Origin: Eukaryota sp. GEM-RC1
Lineage: Eukaryota
NCBI GenBank assembly: GCA_040285855.1
Contig: JAUFOQ010000002.1
Coordinates: 1,240,001 to 1,304,000, forward strand
Direction: 5' to 3'
DNA: 64,000 bases
The position numbers and the translations under genes are program-made. Of the stretch, positions 49,201 through 63,000 are shown piece after piece (the stretch's first letter is position 1; each line of letters starts with the position of its first letter). The notes beneath the pieces are model-generated. The model searched no databases, was not told the origin of the DNA, and worked only from the letters and a program-made list of their open reading frames with translations.

Positions 49201-52200
49201 AATCTGAACATATGCAACTTCCTCGTCAAAAATTGACTGATATTTTAATTTCTCACTTCATTTCGACTCAATTACCCCTAGTACAGGATGCTCTGTGCTC
49301 ACTAATCAGCAACAGCAACTACGAGACTGCATCTTCCTTAGTAAAATACATGACCCATGATGACGTGACAGTTCGAATCGCTGCCACATCAGCAATCCTT
49401 GCTTTACCTGCTGAGTTGTTCAACCACCTAAATTTATCCTCTCAATGTTCAACTCTCTGTATCCAAAGCCAAGAACAGTTCAAACAGCCTCCCATCCACT
49501 TGGCTGCTTTCGTGATGAGTCACGATGACGTGGCAGAAGTTGCAAAGTTAGCCAAGAACCTGTTTGACCAGCTTCCTTGGCCCCGTGATTTGTTGTCCAG
49601 GTCAAAGGCAAGACTTACCTCTTACTTTGCACCCTTCCTTATTGATCTTTTAGTTAATAAGCACTGTTCTTCTCTTATTCTACAACTATCTGCCAATGCT
49701 TTCTCTTCATTGATATTCTTCCACTTCAACGACGCTTGTACTGACATTTCAGAGCTAATGTACCACTACACACAGCTTCTGGACAAGGTATACCCTCCTC
49801 TTTCTGACAAGGAACTGGAAACTCTTGGTCTTGGACAAGAGCAACGTCAGAAGGTTCCAGTTTCTGTTGCCAATGATGGAACTAGTGAGCATAGACGTGC
49901 AGTGGCTGTGGCATTTGGAAAACTTGCAGGTAAAGTTCCTGTACGTATTCTCACTGAATTACTTACTTTCCTACTCAAGAAAGTACTTGCCGATCCAGTT
50001 ATGGATGTTGTTGAGACTGCTGTTCAATCAGGAAGCAGTATTATCAAATCATTATCCGAAAAGGAAGTTGATGACGTTTACAACATTCTTTCCTCCTCTC
50101 TCGATTCATTAGACCCATCAAAACCTGACTCCAACAAGAAACGTGTTGGTATTGTTGTCTGGCTCGGTTCCCTATCTGTTCATTTAGAAGCAAACGATCC
50201 ACGAGTATTGTCTATTATTTCTAATCTTCTCTCAACTCTCTCCACCCACGTAGTTTTTGTTCAAACTGCCGTATCTGAATCTCTATCAGCTGTAATTAAA
50301 TTAGTTGATTCTGAAGAACAAGACAAAATAGTTGGACAAATGAAAGAGAATCTCCAGTCACTAACAAGTAGTGCACAACGAGCTGGAGCTTCTCATGGAA
50401 TTGCAGGAGTTGTCGCTGGTCTTGGTGTTACCGCTCTCAAACACTATGAGATCATGGACTTAGTTACTACTTTGATTGGTGATCCTGAGCGTCAATTACG
50501 TGAATCAGCTCTTTTGACAGTCGAGTGTCTCTCTAAGAGCCTTGGTATAATGTACGAGCCCTATGTAATCAACTTCATCCCTAAACTTCTCGCCACGCTT
50601 TCTGATACTTCTCCAGAAGTCAGAGATCAGGCTGTTGCCACATCAGCAGCAATCGTTAAAAAGATCACGATTCCAGGAGTCAAAATGATCCTTCCTCCAA
50701 TCATCAACTCTCTTGATGCCACTCTCTGGAGAACCAAGGTTGGAGCAGTCACTTTGATCCAAACCTTCGTCAGTGTCGCCCCTGTTCAAATCTCCAGTGC
50801 TCTTCCCAATATTATCCCTAAGTTAGCCACACTTGTAGTCGATCCTCATATTAGAGTTGCTGAATCAGCTGAAGGTTGTCTCAAGACAATCTCCAATATC
50901 ATTACAGTACCAGATCTTAAACCCCTGGCCACTGAGTTGATATCTGCTATCTGTGAGCCTGCTTCTAAGACTGCTTCTGCCTTGAAGAAGCTTTCCACGG
51001 CTGCCCTAGAATCCTCTATTGATGCTCCTTCGCTCTCCCTCCTAATTCCAGTTATTAATAGGGGTATGTCATTGCGCTCGTTTGAAGCTAAACAAAATGC
51101 TTGTTTGGTCTTAACTGAGGTAGTTAAGCTTAGTTCCGCAAAGAATCTCGCTGCATACGTACCACAGATCATCAACGACATCAAGCAAGTCATTATTGAC
51201 CCAATTCCTTCTGTCCGCCACGTGGCAGCTTCTCTTTGCTATAATCTTGGTAAGAAGCTCTCCATTAAAACTTTGAGTTCTCTCTATGAATGGGCTCAAG
51301 CTTCGTTCACTAACGATCCTCTTACTGTTACTCGTAATGGTACTGCTATGTGTTACGCTGCTCTCTCTGCCAGTGGTGGATCTAAGGTTTTAGACGGTGT
51401 TATCCAAGAAATGGCTGGTATATTGACTACTGCTGTCTCCTCTCAAGTAGCCAAGGATGGAGCCGTACAAGTTCTTCACTATCTTCCCCACCATTACTCT
51501 AGTAAGAAGTTTGCTAGATATGTCACTGATGTAATGCCCTTATTGATCTCTTGTTTCCAAGGGGAAGCTGAGTTCCTCAGGGATTCAGCAATTAAGGCCA
51601 CTAAGTCCTTTGTTAAGTTCTATTTGGCTCCTCAATCGCCTTTCTCCGCTCTGTTCCTACGAGCAATCAACACTGCACTCATTCATCACAATTGGAGAGC
51701 TCGATTCTGTGCTACTTCAATCATTTTTGATGTGCTGTTGGCTTTGGGTAACCTCAAATTAAAGAGAGAAACTGAAGCTCAAGAGATTTCTCTTCCTGAT
51801 CATGAAGTGTTAAAGATTGAGAAGTCTATTGGTAGATCTGATTACTTCTCAGTCGTCTCTCGTCTTTTGTTTGTCAAATGTGATGAGAATGACGTTGTCA
51901 AGCAATCAGCTGTCAACGTGTGGAAGGCACTCGTCAGAAACACCGCTAGAACCATTAAACTCATTTTCCCAACCTTCATTTCTGAAGTTCTTCTTCCTTT
52001 AATTGGTGAAAACAGAGGTGATATTCGATCCACCCTAATCTCAGTGGTAGATGAGATTTCTGTCAAGTACCACGCTGAACTCTTTGACTTGACTCTCCCT
52101 CCTCTGTTAGACTTTATGAACTCCAGTCAATCCACTTCTAGTGAACTTACTGGAGCTGCCATGTTAGTTAGCTCGGTGGTTAGACATGTAACTCCTGCTG

Positions 52201-54300
52201 AAGTTATGACTGTAGCTGAAATGGAGGATTCGCCTCTGATTATGGCTATTCAACAGAATCTCTTACACGAGAGTCCTGCTGTAAGGGAAGCCACTGCACT
52301 TGCCACGTCAGCAGTGATTACCAAGACTGGTGACGTAGGAGCTCAAATGATTTTACCTGAGATTCTTCGTAAGATTCAAATAGACGATGAACACGAAAAG
52401 AAGATTGCAATCTCTGCTCTCTCTGATCTCCTCTCCCACAACGTTTCTCTTCTCAACACTCTAGTACCCCAGCTTCTACGTAGTCACTCAGCTGATAACA
52501 TTATGGCAATAGCATCTTTAATCAGTGTGAGTCAAGAAAGTTATAAGCCGTATTTGGAAGCTACCCTGAGTTTGATTGTGAGCTTGATTGGTTTTGATCC
52601 TTCTACTACCAAGACTTCTGCAGAAATCAACAAGAAAGTCGAGTCGATCACCTCTAACCTTCATTTGGTATCTGCTCTAGTTAATTCAATTGACCCCGCC
52701 CTCGCTTCAACTCTAGTTGGTCTACTATTTGCTTATCTAAATGCTGAAAATCCCATCAAGAAGATCACTGCTTGCTATATCTGTCAACAGTTCGCTCTAC
52801 CTGATCTCACTGACCTCGACGAATCACGTGATCATTTGATTAATGACCTGTTACGTGGAGTATTGCCTCTTTTGCTTACAGATACGAATTTGTTAGAAAT
52901 CTTGCAGTTACTACTGTTACAAAGCTTCTCTCCTCAGTCGCCAAAGACAATCACAGTCACTTGTTCACAGTAACTGATTCCCTATCAACCCTTGCTAACT
53001 CCCATGTTAATCTCGCTACAGGAAAGGTTTCCTTCTTAGACAACACCACCACCCTCAAGTCATTTATCAATGTCATTTCTTCTGGTCTTTTGGCTACTAA
53101 CAAGAACGATTATAGAATCCGGTCTGCCAACTTTGTTAATTCTCTATGCTCCTATGTTTCTTCCGAAACCATTAGACCTTTGCCATGCTTCTAGGCGGTC
53201 CCTTGGTTAGAGTCTGCTCAGAACACCACAATGAAGACGTCCATTTAGCTGTTTTAGTCGCTCTCAAGTCTCTGTTCGTATCCAATGGAACTTCAATGAA
53301 GGCCTTTGTAGGACCCCTCCAGACTGCTATATTTAAACCCCTTTCTTCTCCATCAAAGAAGGTTCGAAATGCTGCCGTTGAGTTGATCTCTTTTGCCATT
53401 GAATTCTCGAGAAGAGTCGATCCCTTTGTTATTGAAGTCAACACTCGTATGTTTGGTGATTTATCTGCTTCAATCAAATACGATTACCTGATCGCCTTAT
53501 CACACGTGTTTTATAAGGTAGGAACTCAAATCTCCACCTCAACACGTCAACAATCCTATCAAATCATTATTGATCACCTCGCTGTTTCCTATTCCAAGGT
53601 CAACTATGCTTCTGCCCAAGCTCTTTCCTCTTATCTCTATTCAGCAGATAAGGACGAGTTCGCCTATCTCTTAGACAATGTGGTCCTCGATGTTTCCTTT
53701 GGAACGGAATACGTTGGTGAAGAACTTGCAGAGGAACTCCAGTCAGCTCAATTAATGTTGTTTCGATACATATTACAGAAGATTGTCAAGCTATCTGATC
53801 AATCATTGGATGAAATGTTCAATATTTGTATGAAACGTTTTTCGTCTGCCTATGATTCTGTTAGAGAACCTCTGGTTAAAGCTATTGAAGGTATCTTGCT
53901 CTTTGACGATACACCTACCTCTCTTCAGAACCAAGCCTTGGACCAGTTGGCTTTCCTAGTAACTGACGAGTCTCCTGTTGTCCGACATGCTTCATTGTTA
54001 ACATGTTATCGACTGGCTCTGTTTAAAAAGGAACTTCTACAGCGAAAGTTGTTGTTGTTCATGCCTGGGTTCTTGGCTGGAATTCAAGTAAGGAATACGG
54101 AGCAACGCAAAAGAGCCGAGTATGTAGTTTGCTTAGTATTAGAGACAGATAGAGGAAATCAAGGTGTTGATGACTTTAGGTCTAAAGCAGATCAAGAACT
54201 TGGGGATGCTGTGATGTTCTACTTTGACAAGATTCTGACGAAGATTGATGTTTCTCAATTAAGGGATGTTGATTCTAGTGCTGAAGTGTTGATGTTGTAA
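46227..54300 (+). CDS. GCN1: GCN1 translational activator (HEAT repeats); four 1-nt frameshifts
   Basis: RAGASHGIAGVVAGLG, YEPYVI, WRTKVGA, IDAPSLSLLIPVINRG, IDPIPSVR, NWRARF, GPLVRV. Confidence 0.92.
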
Positions 54301-55105
54301 TGTTTTTGTTTTAAATAAACCTTTTGAATATTCAATTAATTATCATAATAAGCACCACAAAATTGCGTATGTGACATATAATGTCAGTCGTTTATAGACC
54401 CGACTTGTTTTGATTCTTGACTCAAACCAACACCCAGTGTTGAATTTCTTGTTTATCACTTCTGATTTATAGGCACTTCCGCAACTAGATCAAACAATGG
54501 CTGGTCCCCATCCCTGTCTTAGGCTTATGAATTGTTGAACATAGTTAAACGACAACAGTGCCACGGTTTTAACTGTACTGCTGAGAAAACGGAGAAACTA
54601 TATTATTCAATTGTAATTCTTGCTTTACAATCAGTTATTAGAATTGTATTCCAGGATTTCTAGACCTATTATTGGTTCCATTAATTGATGCGATGAGTTT
54701 TTGTTTATTACAGTGAGCTACAATTGAATTTTCCCTTTCAAGGACAATTACAAAGGACCATCATTTTCATTTCGATTTTTAGGTCTATGTATAGATATGT
54801 TGATTCCATTTTGTCCAAGTTGTTTGGAGGCAACTACTTTTCGGAATTTGGTAGTTCGTTTGATAATTTGTTTTAATAGTGTTTATTTATCTGTACTTAT
54901 CTTATAATGTGTTTTTCTCCGCACATAAATCCGTTTTTTTTTCATTTTCATTTGTATTAGAACTTTGACGATACAATTTCGTTCAAAGGAATAAATGTCA
55001 GTTCAAGCTCGGTATCCTGCTTGTTGATTCTTAGAAACAAATCGAAATCCTTTCAGAATTCTTAGGTGAACAGAAGTTGAATCCCTTAATTAATCTTACC
55101 TTTCA

Positions 55106-56716
55106 ATGCCTCCAAACAGTGATGACTCTGCCACCGTCTTTATACGGAACCTTCCTTTCAGCACCACTTCTGATGAACTTTCTACTCTATGTGACAATAT
55201 AGGTCCAGTTAAACGTGCTTTTATTATCCAACACAAAGATCAACAATCAGGCACCCAACGTAGCAAAGGAATTGGCTTCGTTGAATTCTGTCTCTCCTCC
55301 GATGCTTCTGAAGCTGTCAACTCTCTCAATGGTTCTCAGTTCCAAGGACGATCCATTGGAGTCGATTTTGCCAAGAAAGAAGCCTCCACCCACCAGTCAG
55401 CTCAACCTTCTACTAAACGAAAACACAAACCATGGCGTTTAATACTTCGAAATCTTCCCTTCTCCATCAACACCAAGACTCTCACCTCGTTTCTCTCTCC
55501 GATTGGTTCCCTAGAAGACGTGTACCTTCCTCAGAAACAGTTTCGCGGTGCTTTATCTGGAACTGGTTTTGCCTTTGTTACTTATGAAAATGAAGCAGAT
55601 GCCGGCAAAGCTTTAAAGAAACTCAGTGGGTTGCGTTTAGGAAAGCGGGAAATCATCTTTGATTATGCCGTTCCCAAAGACGATTACTTGAGAGTAGTCA
55701 ATCAAACTCAAGAAGAGCTCAAACCTGCCAAAACTGTTGATGGTGATGAATCAGGGGAATCCTCCGAAGAGGAGACCGAAGAACAAGTTTCCCAGGATGA
55801 AGAGGAAAAAGAAGAAGAACAAGAAGAAGAGGAGGATTTAAAAGGCACTGTATTTTTAAGAAATTTATCCACAAGTGCAACTACTGGAGAATTAATTAAA
55901 TTATTTGGAAAATTTGGTGGAATTAAAGAAGTTAAAATTGTTCGTGACAGAGGCACTGGTATTTCCCGTGGTACCGCCTTTCTAAAATTTAAAAATTCTC
56001 AGCACGCAGCTCGCTGTATTGCAGAATGCCGTCTAGCCCCACCTTTTCTGAACGAGAAGTCAATAGACGTCTTGAAAGCTCTAAAATCTGACGAAACCCC
56101 TCAACATTTAGCTGACAACCACGATAAAAGAAACCTCTACCTTGCTTCTGAAGGTGATATTCTACCAGACTCAGCTGCCTATGATCAGTTAGATGACAAG
56201 GACAAGAGGAAGAGAGATTCAGCAAGGAGAGAGAAGGAAGCGAAGTTGGGATCTCCTAATTATTGTGTGTCTGCAACACGATTGTTGATTAGGAATATTC
56301 CCGTGACTGTGACAGAATCAGAGCTCAAGGCAGTTGCCAAATACAGTGCTGCAACTGCTGCTACGACTTTTGGAGATGAGAATTTGAAAAAGGTCAAAAT
56401 TAGTCAAGTTAAGATCGTCAAGGATATGGAAAAACTGGATTCAGAAGGTAAACCAAAGTCAAAAGGTTATGGATTTGTGCAATTCAAAGGACATCTGCAG
56501 ACTCTTGCAGCTCTTAGATTTTTAAATAATAATCCTGATATTCCAGAATTCTTGGGAAAACGCCCTATTGTAGAGTTTGCTATTGATAATGTTGTTAAAC
56601 TTCAAAAATTGCAGAGAAGTAAGGAGTATTCCAATGTAAAGAAATCAGAAGGAACTAAGAGAAGAAAAGGTGGTGGTGAAAAGAAAAGGAATCGAAAATC
56701 CTCTGCTGATGAGTAG
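55106..56716 (+). CDS. NOP4: RBM28/Nop4 nucleolar four-RRM protein
   Basis: VFIRNLPF, RLILRNLPF, acidic linker, DKRNLYLASEG, TRLLIRNIP, ALRFLNNNP, RPIVEFAI. Confidence 0.93.
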   Translation: MPPNSDDSATVFIRNLPFSTTSDELSTLCDNIGPVKRAFIIQHKDQQSGTQRSKGIGFVEFCLSSDASEAVNSLNGSQFQGRSIGVDFAKKEASTHQSAQPSTKRKHKPWRLILRNLPFSINTKTLTSFLSPIGSLEDVYLPQKQFRGALSGTGFAFVTYENEADAGKALKKLSGLRLGKREIIFDYAVPKDDYLRVVNQTQEELKPAKTVDGDESGESSEEETEEQVSQDEEEKEEEQEEEEDLKGTVFLRNLSTSATTGELIKLFGKFGGIKEVKIVRDRGTGISRGTAFLKFKNSQHAARCIAECRLAPPFLNEKSIDVLKALKSDETPQHLADNHDKRNLYLASEGDILPDSAAYDQLDDKDKRKRDSARREKEAKLGSPNYCVSATRLLIRNIPVTVTESELKAVAKYSAATAATTFGDENLKKVKISQVKIVKDMEKLDSEGKPKSKGYGFVQFKGHLQTLAALRFLNNNPDIPEFLGKRPIVEFAIDNVVKLQKLQRSKEYSNVKKSEGTKRRKGGGEKKRNRKSSADE

Positions 56717-57080
56717 TTTATTTAAATTTTTAGTCGTTTTAGTTTTTTTCTTGTTTCTGTTTTGTCACGGCTTTGCAGAATTTCCTAGAGTCTTCATTTG
56801 TCTATGTTCAAATTAATTAAAATATTGTTTAATCTAGTCCAGATTGTTTCAGGCCGATTTCAATATTTGGTAGTCCTATAGATTTTTAGAATGGTCAATT
56901 GATCAAAATAACTACAAAAATCAATCTGTGTGTTGGTTGTCTTACTATTTTACCAGAATCTACATGTAATAGAACTGCAAAATAAAGACACACAAGGAAA
57001 AATATTATACAATATATTACAACACAATAAATATAACAAAACGAAAAAATTAACAAAAACAATCTTCAAAAGCCATTAAA

Positions 57081-60000
57081 TTAAACTACAGAATTAATGC
57101 CATAATCTTTTACCTTGTCCATTATAACATTAATCATTTTCTTAACAATCACGAGAACTTCTGAGCTTTGTCGAGAACTATCCGAATCAGTAATTACCCC
57201 TTTAAGAAGTTCTAAGAAACGAAACTCAGTTGATCCATCACAATCACAGTCGTAATCAATCAAAAAGATTGCAACTGTTGACGATATATTTGGGAACAAG
57301 GACCAGATTGACAGACCTTTTTTAAACAATCTACACAAACGTCAGCTCCAACTGAGTACAGAATATTTAAAATTAGTAGATATATTCCAATATCCAAATT
57401 CTCCACACTAATCATAATTCCCTCCAACAATACAGCACATTTGGCAACAAGCTGTTCATGCCGTGATAGTAAAAAGCTCAAGGTCAAATCAATCAAAGAT
57501 GACTCATAACCAGGCAATGGGTCCCTGAAGTGGTAAGTTCGAGCAAAGGAATATGAGGTCAAATGAAGGCAGTCAATAACAAGAGCAGCAGTTGAAAAGT
57601 CTTCAAAATTATCAGATATACCAAAAACGTGCAGAGTATGAATTAGAACAGGAATAAGTCTGAAATTTGAAATAAATACTCTATTGGTCGAAATTTTGGA
57701 CAAAAGTAGTTGACCTGAAGAACACGACAAAAGATTAAACACAACAGTCAGCATGATTTTACGAATATCATAGAGTTTTCTCTTGTAAAAATCTATTTGA
57801 AACAACGAAAGCTCTGGTCCAAAACTGTCAGAAGATAGAAAATATTTAGCAAATATACAATTAATTGAGTGGATTAAGGAGAGAAGCTCATCAAAGTAAC
57901 TATGCTCGAAAATTAAAATTTCATGAATATTTTCAAAAGCCGGACGACCAGGTACGCACATTCTAGTAAACATATTTAAAACATTTGCAGACATTTGTGC
58001 TATTTCTAATTGATGATAATGAAGGGGTACATCCACCAATTTTAAAATATTCCCAAAAACTTACCCTGATTAAAACTACAGAGATAGGACGCATATACAT
58101 CTCCATGATGACCGTTTAAATGAAACGACAAAAGGTTTAAGACAATCTCCAATAAGGTATGATCCCGAGTAGATGGTGATGACGTGAGAATAACGGTGAT
58201 AGCTTCATCAATCTTTAATAAGTTGACTTTGCCTTCATCAATTTGAACGTTAAGGCTGGGGTGTTTTCTTACTTGAGACCAGGAAAGTTCTAGAAACTGT
58301 CGAGTTTGAAGGAATGAATTAACAGATTTTTCCTGAGCATTCCGAGATTCCACATTAGTCATTGAGCAGTGGCTTGAACAGTTTATTTTAAAATCATCAG
58401 AAATAGTTGAGTTCAAGTCAGTCGAAATCTGACTGCATGAGTGAGTATATCGGGATGGAATAGAATTGAAAGAATTATTTAATACTTGGAGCGCTTTTTC
58501 AAACTGTTGATCCAGAAGTAAGGATTTGGCATTCGATAAAGTAACTGAAACGTCATGTACTACTGAGAAATGATGGGCAGCTGCTGCCAGAGACAGACTG
58601 AAAATTAGTTCAGAAAATAAGCGATTAGCTTTGGTTTCTAACTGGTAAAGATTGTGATTAAAAGGATCAGAACTAGGTTGATTTTTAATTGATTTTGAAC
58701 TTTTCTTGCTAGATCTGTTGTCATATACTGGTTCAACAACTTCAACAGTTGGTGGCGAATTTAAATTAGAATTGTCAGACAATTGTTCATCATCAGAAGA
58801 TTCAACCTTATCAACAACAATTGGTTGACTTTTAATTGATTTTAAACTATTCTTGCCAGATCTTTTGTCGTAAACTGATTCAACAACTTCAACAGTAGGT
58901 GGCAGATTTAAATTAGAATTGTAAGACAATTGTTCATCATCAGAAGATTCAACCTTATCAACAACAATTGGTTGACTTTTAATTGATTTTGAACTTTTCT
59001 TGTTAGATCTTTTGTCGTAAACTGGTTCAACAACTTCAACAGTTGGTGGCAAATTTAATTCAGAATTGTCAGACAATTGTTCATCATCAGAAGATTCAAC
59101 CTTATCAACAACAATTGGTTGACTTTTAATTGATTTTAAACTATTCTTGCCAGATCTTTTGTCGTAAACTGATTCAACAACTTCAACAGTAGGTGGCAGA
59201 TTTAAATTAGAATTGTAAGACAATTGTTCATCATCAGAAGATTCAACCTTATCAACAACAATTGGTTGACTTTTAATTGATTTTGAACTTTTCTTGTTAG
59301 ATCTTATGTCGTAAACTGGTTCAACAACTTCAACAGTTGGTGGCAAATTTAATTCAGAATTGTCAGACAATTGTTCATCATCAGAAGATTCAACCTTATC
59401 AACAACAATTGGTTGACGTTTAATTGATTTTGAACTTTTCTTGCTAGATGTTTTGTCGTAAACTGGTTCAACAACTTCAACAGTAGGTGGCAGATTTAAA
59501 TTAGAATTGTCAGACAATTGTTCATCATCAGAAGATTCAACCTTATCAACAGCAATTGGTTGACTTTTAATTGATTTTGAACTTTTCTTGTTAGATCTTT
59601 TGTCGTAAACTGGTTCAACAACTTCAACAGTTGGTGGCAAATTTAATTCAGAATTGTCAGACAATTGTTCGTCATCAGAAGATTCAACCTTATCAACAAC
59701 AATTGGTTGACGTTTAATTGATTTTGAACTTTTCTTGCTAGATCTTTTGTCGTAAACTGGTTCAACAACTTCAACAGTAGGTGGCAGATTTAAATTAGAA
59801 TTGTCAGACAATTGTTCATCATCAGAAGATTCAACCTTAACAACAACAATTGGTTGACTTTTAATTGATTTTGAACTTTTCTTGCTAAATCTTTTGCCGT
59901 AAACTGGTTCAACAACTTCAACAGTAGGTGGCAGATTTAAATTAGAATTGTCAGACAATTGTTCATCATCAGAAGATTCAACCTTATCAACAACAATTGG

Positions 60001-63000
60001 TTGACTTTTAATTGATTTTGAACTTTTCTTGCTAGATCTTTTGTCGTAAACTGGTTCAACAACTTCAACAGTTGGTGGCAGATTTAAATTAGAATTGTCA
60101 GACAATTGTTCATCATCAGAAGATTCAACCTTGTCAACAACAATTGGTTGACTTTTAATTGATTTTGAACTTTTCTTGCTAGATCTTTTGTCGTAAAATG
60201 GTTCAACTTCAACGGTAGGTGGCAGATTTAAATTAGAATTGTCAGACAATTGTTCATCATCAGAAGATTCAACCTTATCAACAACAATTGGTTGACTTTT
60301 ACTTGATTTTGAACTTTTCTTGCTAGATCTTTTGTCGTAAACTGGTTCAACAACTTCAACAGTAGGTGGCAGATTTAAATTAGAATTGTCAGGCAATTGT
60401 TCATCATCAGAAGATTCAACCTTATCAACAACAATTGGTTGACTTTTAATTGATTTTGAACTTTTCTTGCTAGATCTTTTGTCGTAAACTGGTTCAATAA
60501 CTTCAACAGTAGGTGGCAGATTTAATTCAGAATTGTCAGACAATTGTTCATCATCAGAAGATTCAACCTTATCAACAAAAATTGGTTGACTTTTACTTGA
60601 TTTTGAACTTTTCTTGCTAGATCTTTTGTCGTAAACTGGTTCAACAACTTCAACAGTTGGTGGCAAATTTAACTCAGAATTGTCAGACAATTGTTCATCA
60701 TCAAAAGATTCAAACTTATCAACAACAATTGGTTGACTTTTAATTGATTTTGAACTTTTCTTGCTAGATCTTTTGTCGTAAACTGGTTCAACAACTTCAA
60801 CAGTAGGTGGCAGATTTAAATTAGAATTGTCAGACAATTGTTCATCATCAGAAGATTCAACCTTATCAACAACAATTGGTTGACTTTTAATTGATTTTGA
60901 ACTTTTCTTGCTAGATCTTTTGTCGTAAACTGGTTCAACAACTTCAACAGTTGGTGGCAAATTTAACTCAGAATTGTCAGACAATTGTTCATCATCAAAA
61001 GATTCAAACTTATCAACAACAATTGGTTGACTTTTAAGTGATTTTGAACTTTTCTTGCTAGATCTTTTGTCGTAAACTGGTTCAACAACTTCAACAGTAG
61101 GTGGCAGATTTAGATTAGAATTGTCAGACAATTGTTCATCATCAGAAGATTCAACCTTATCAACAGCAATTGGTTGACTTTTAAGTGATTTTGAACTTTT
61201 CTTGCTAGATCTTTTGTCGTAAACTGGTTCAACAACTTCAACAGTAGGTGGCAGATTTAGATTAGAATTGTCCGACAATTGTTCATCATCAGAAGATTCA
61301 ACCTTATCAACAACAATTGGTTGACTTTTAATTGATTTTGAACTTTTTTGCTAGATCTTTTGTCGTAAACTGGTTCAACAACTTCAACAGTAGGTGGCAG
61401 ATTTAAATTAGAATTGTCAGACAATTGTTCATCATCAGAAGATTCAACCTTATCAACAGCAATTGGTTGACTTTTAATTGATTTTGAACTATTCTTGCTA
61501 CATCTTTTGTCATATACTGGTTCCACAACTTCAACAGTAGGTGGCAGATTTAAATTAGAATTGTCAGACAATTGTTCATCATCAGAAGATTCAACCTTAT
61601 CAACAACAATTGGTTGACTTTTAATTGATATTGAACTTTTCTTGCTAGATCTTTTGTCGTAAACTGGTTCAACAACTTCAAAAGTAGGTGGCAGATTTAA
61701 ATTAGAATTGTCAGACAATTGTTCATCATCAGAAGATTCAACCTTATCAACAACAATTGGTTGACTTTTAATTGATTTTGAACTTTTCTTGCTAGATCTT
61801 TTGTCGTAAACTGGTTCAACAACTTCAACAGTAGGTGGCAAATTTAATTCAGAATTGTCAGACAATTGTTCATCATCAGAAGATTCAACCTTATCAACAA
61901 CAATTGGTTGACTTTTAATTGATTTTGAACTTTTCTTGCTAGATCTTTTGTCGTAAACTGGTTCAACAACTTCAACAGTAGGTGGCAGATTTAAATTAGA
62001 ATTGTCAGACAATTGTTCATCATCAGAAGATTCAACCTTATCAACAACAATTGGTTGACTTTTAATTGATATTGAACTTTTCTTGCTAGATCTTTTGTCG
62101 TAAACTGGTTCAACAACTTCAACAGTTGGTGGCAGATTTAAATTAGAATTGTCAGACAATTGTTCATCATCAGAAGATTCAACCTTATCAACAACAATTG
62201 GTTGACTTTTAATTGATTTTGAACTATTCTTGCTACATCTTTTGTCATATACTGGTTCCACAACTTCAACAGTAGGTGGCAGATTTAAATTAGAATTGTC
62301 AGACAATTGTTCATCATCAGAAGATTCAACCTTATCAACAACAATTCGTTGACTTTTAATTGATATTGAACTTTTCTTGCTAGATCTTTTGTCGTAAACT
62401 GGTTCAACAACTTCAAAAGTAGGTGGCAGATTTAAATTAGAATTGTCAGACAATTGTTCATCATCAGAAGATTCAACCTTATCAACAACAATTGGTTGAC
62501 TTTTAATTGATTTTGAACTTTTCTTGCTAGATCTTTTGTCGTAAACTGGTTCAACAACTTCAACAGTAGGTGGCAAATTTAATTCAGAATTGTCAGACAA
62601 TTGTTCATCATCAGAAGATTCAACCTTATCAACAACAATTGGTTGACTTTTAATTGATTTTGAACTTTTCTTGCTAGATCTTTTGTCGTAAACTGGTTCA
62701 ACAACTTCAACAGTAGGTGGCAGATTTAAATTAGAATTGTCAGACAATTGTTCATCATCAGAAGATTCAACCTTATCAACAACAATTGGTTGACTTTTAA
62801 TTGATATTGAACTTTTCTTGCTAGATCTTTTGTCGTAAACTGGTTCAACAACTTCAACAGTTGGTGGCAGATTTAAATTAGAATTGTCAGACAATTGTTC
62901 ATCATCAGAAGATTCAACCTTATCAACAACAATTGGTTGACATTTAATTGATTTTGAACTTTTCCTGCCAGATCTTTTGTCGTAAACTGGTTCAACAACT

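Noticed and set aside
3039..56716. Alternative genetic code (TAA/TAG reassigned)
   Set aside because: Conserved genes end at TAA, TAG and TGA at the expected C-termini and have no in-frame stops within domains
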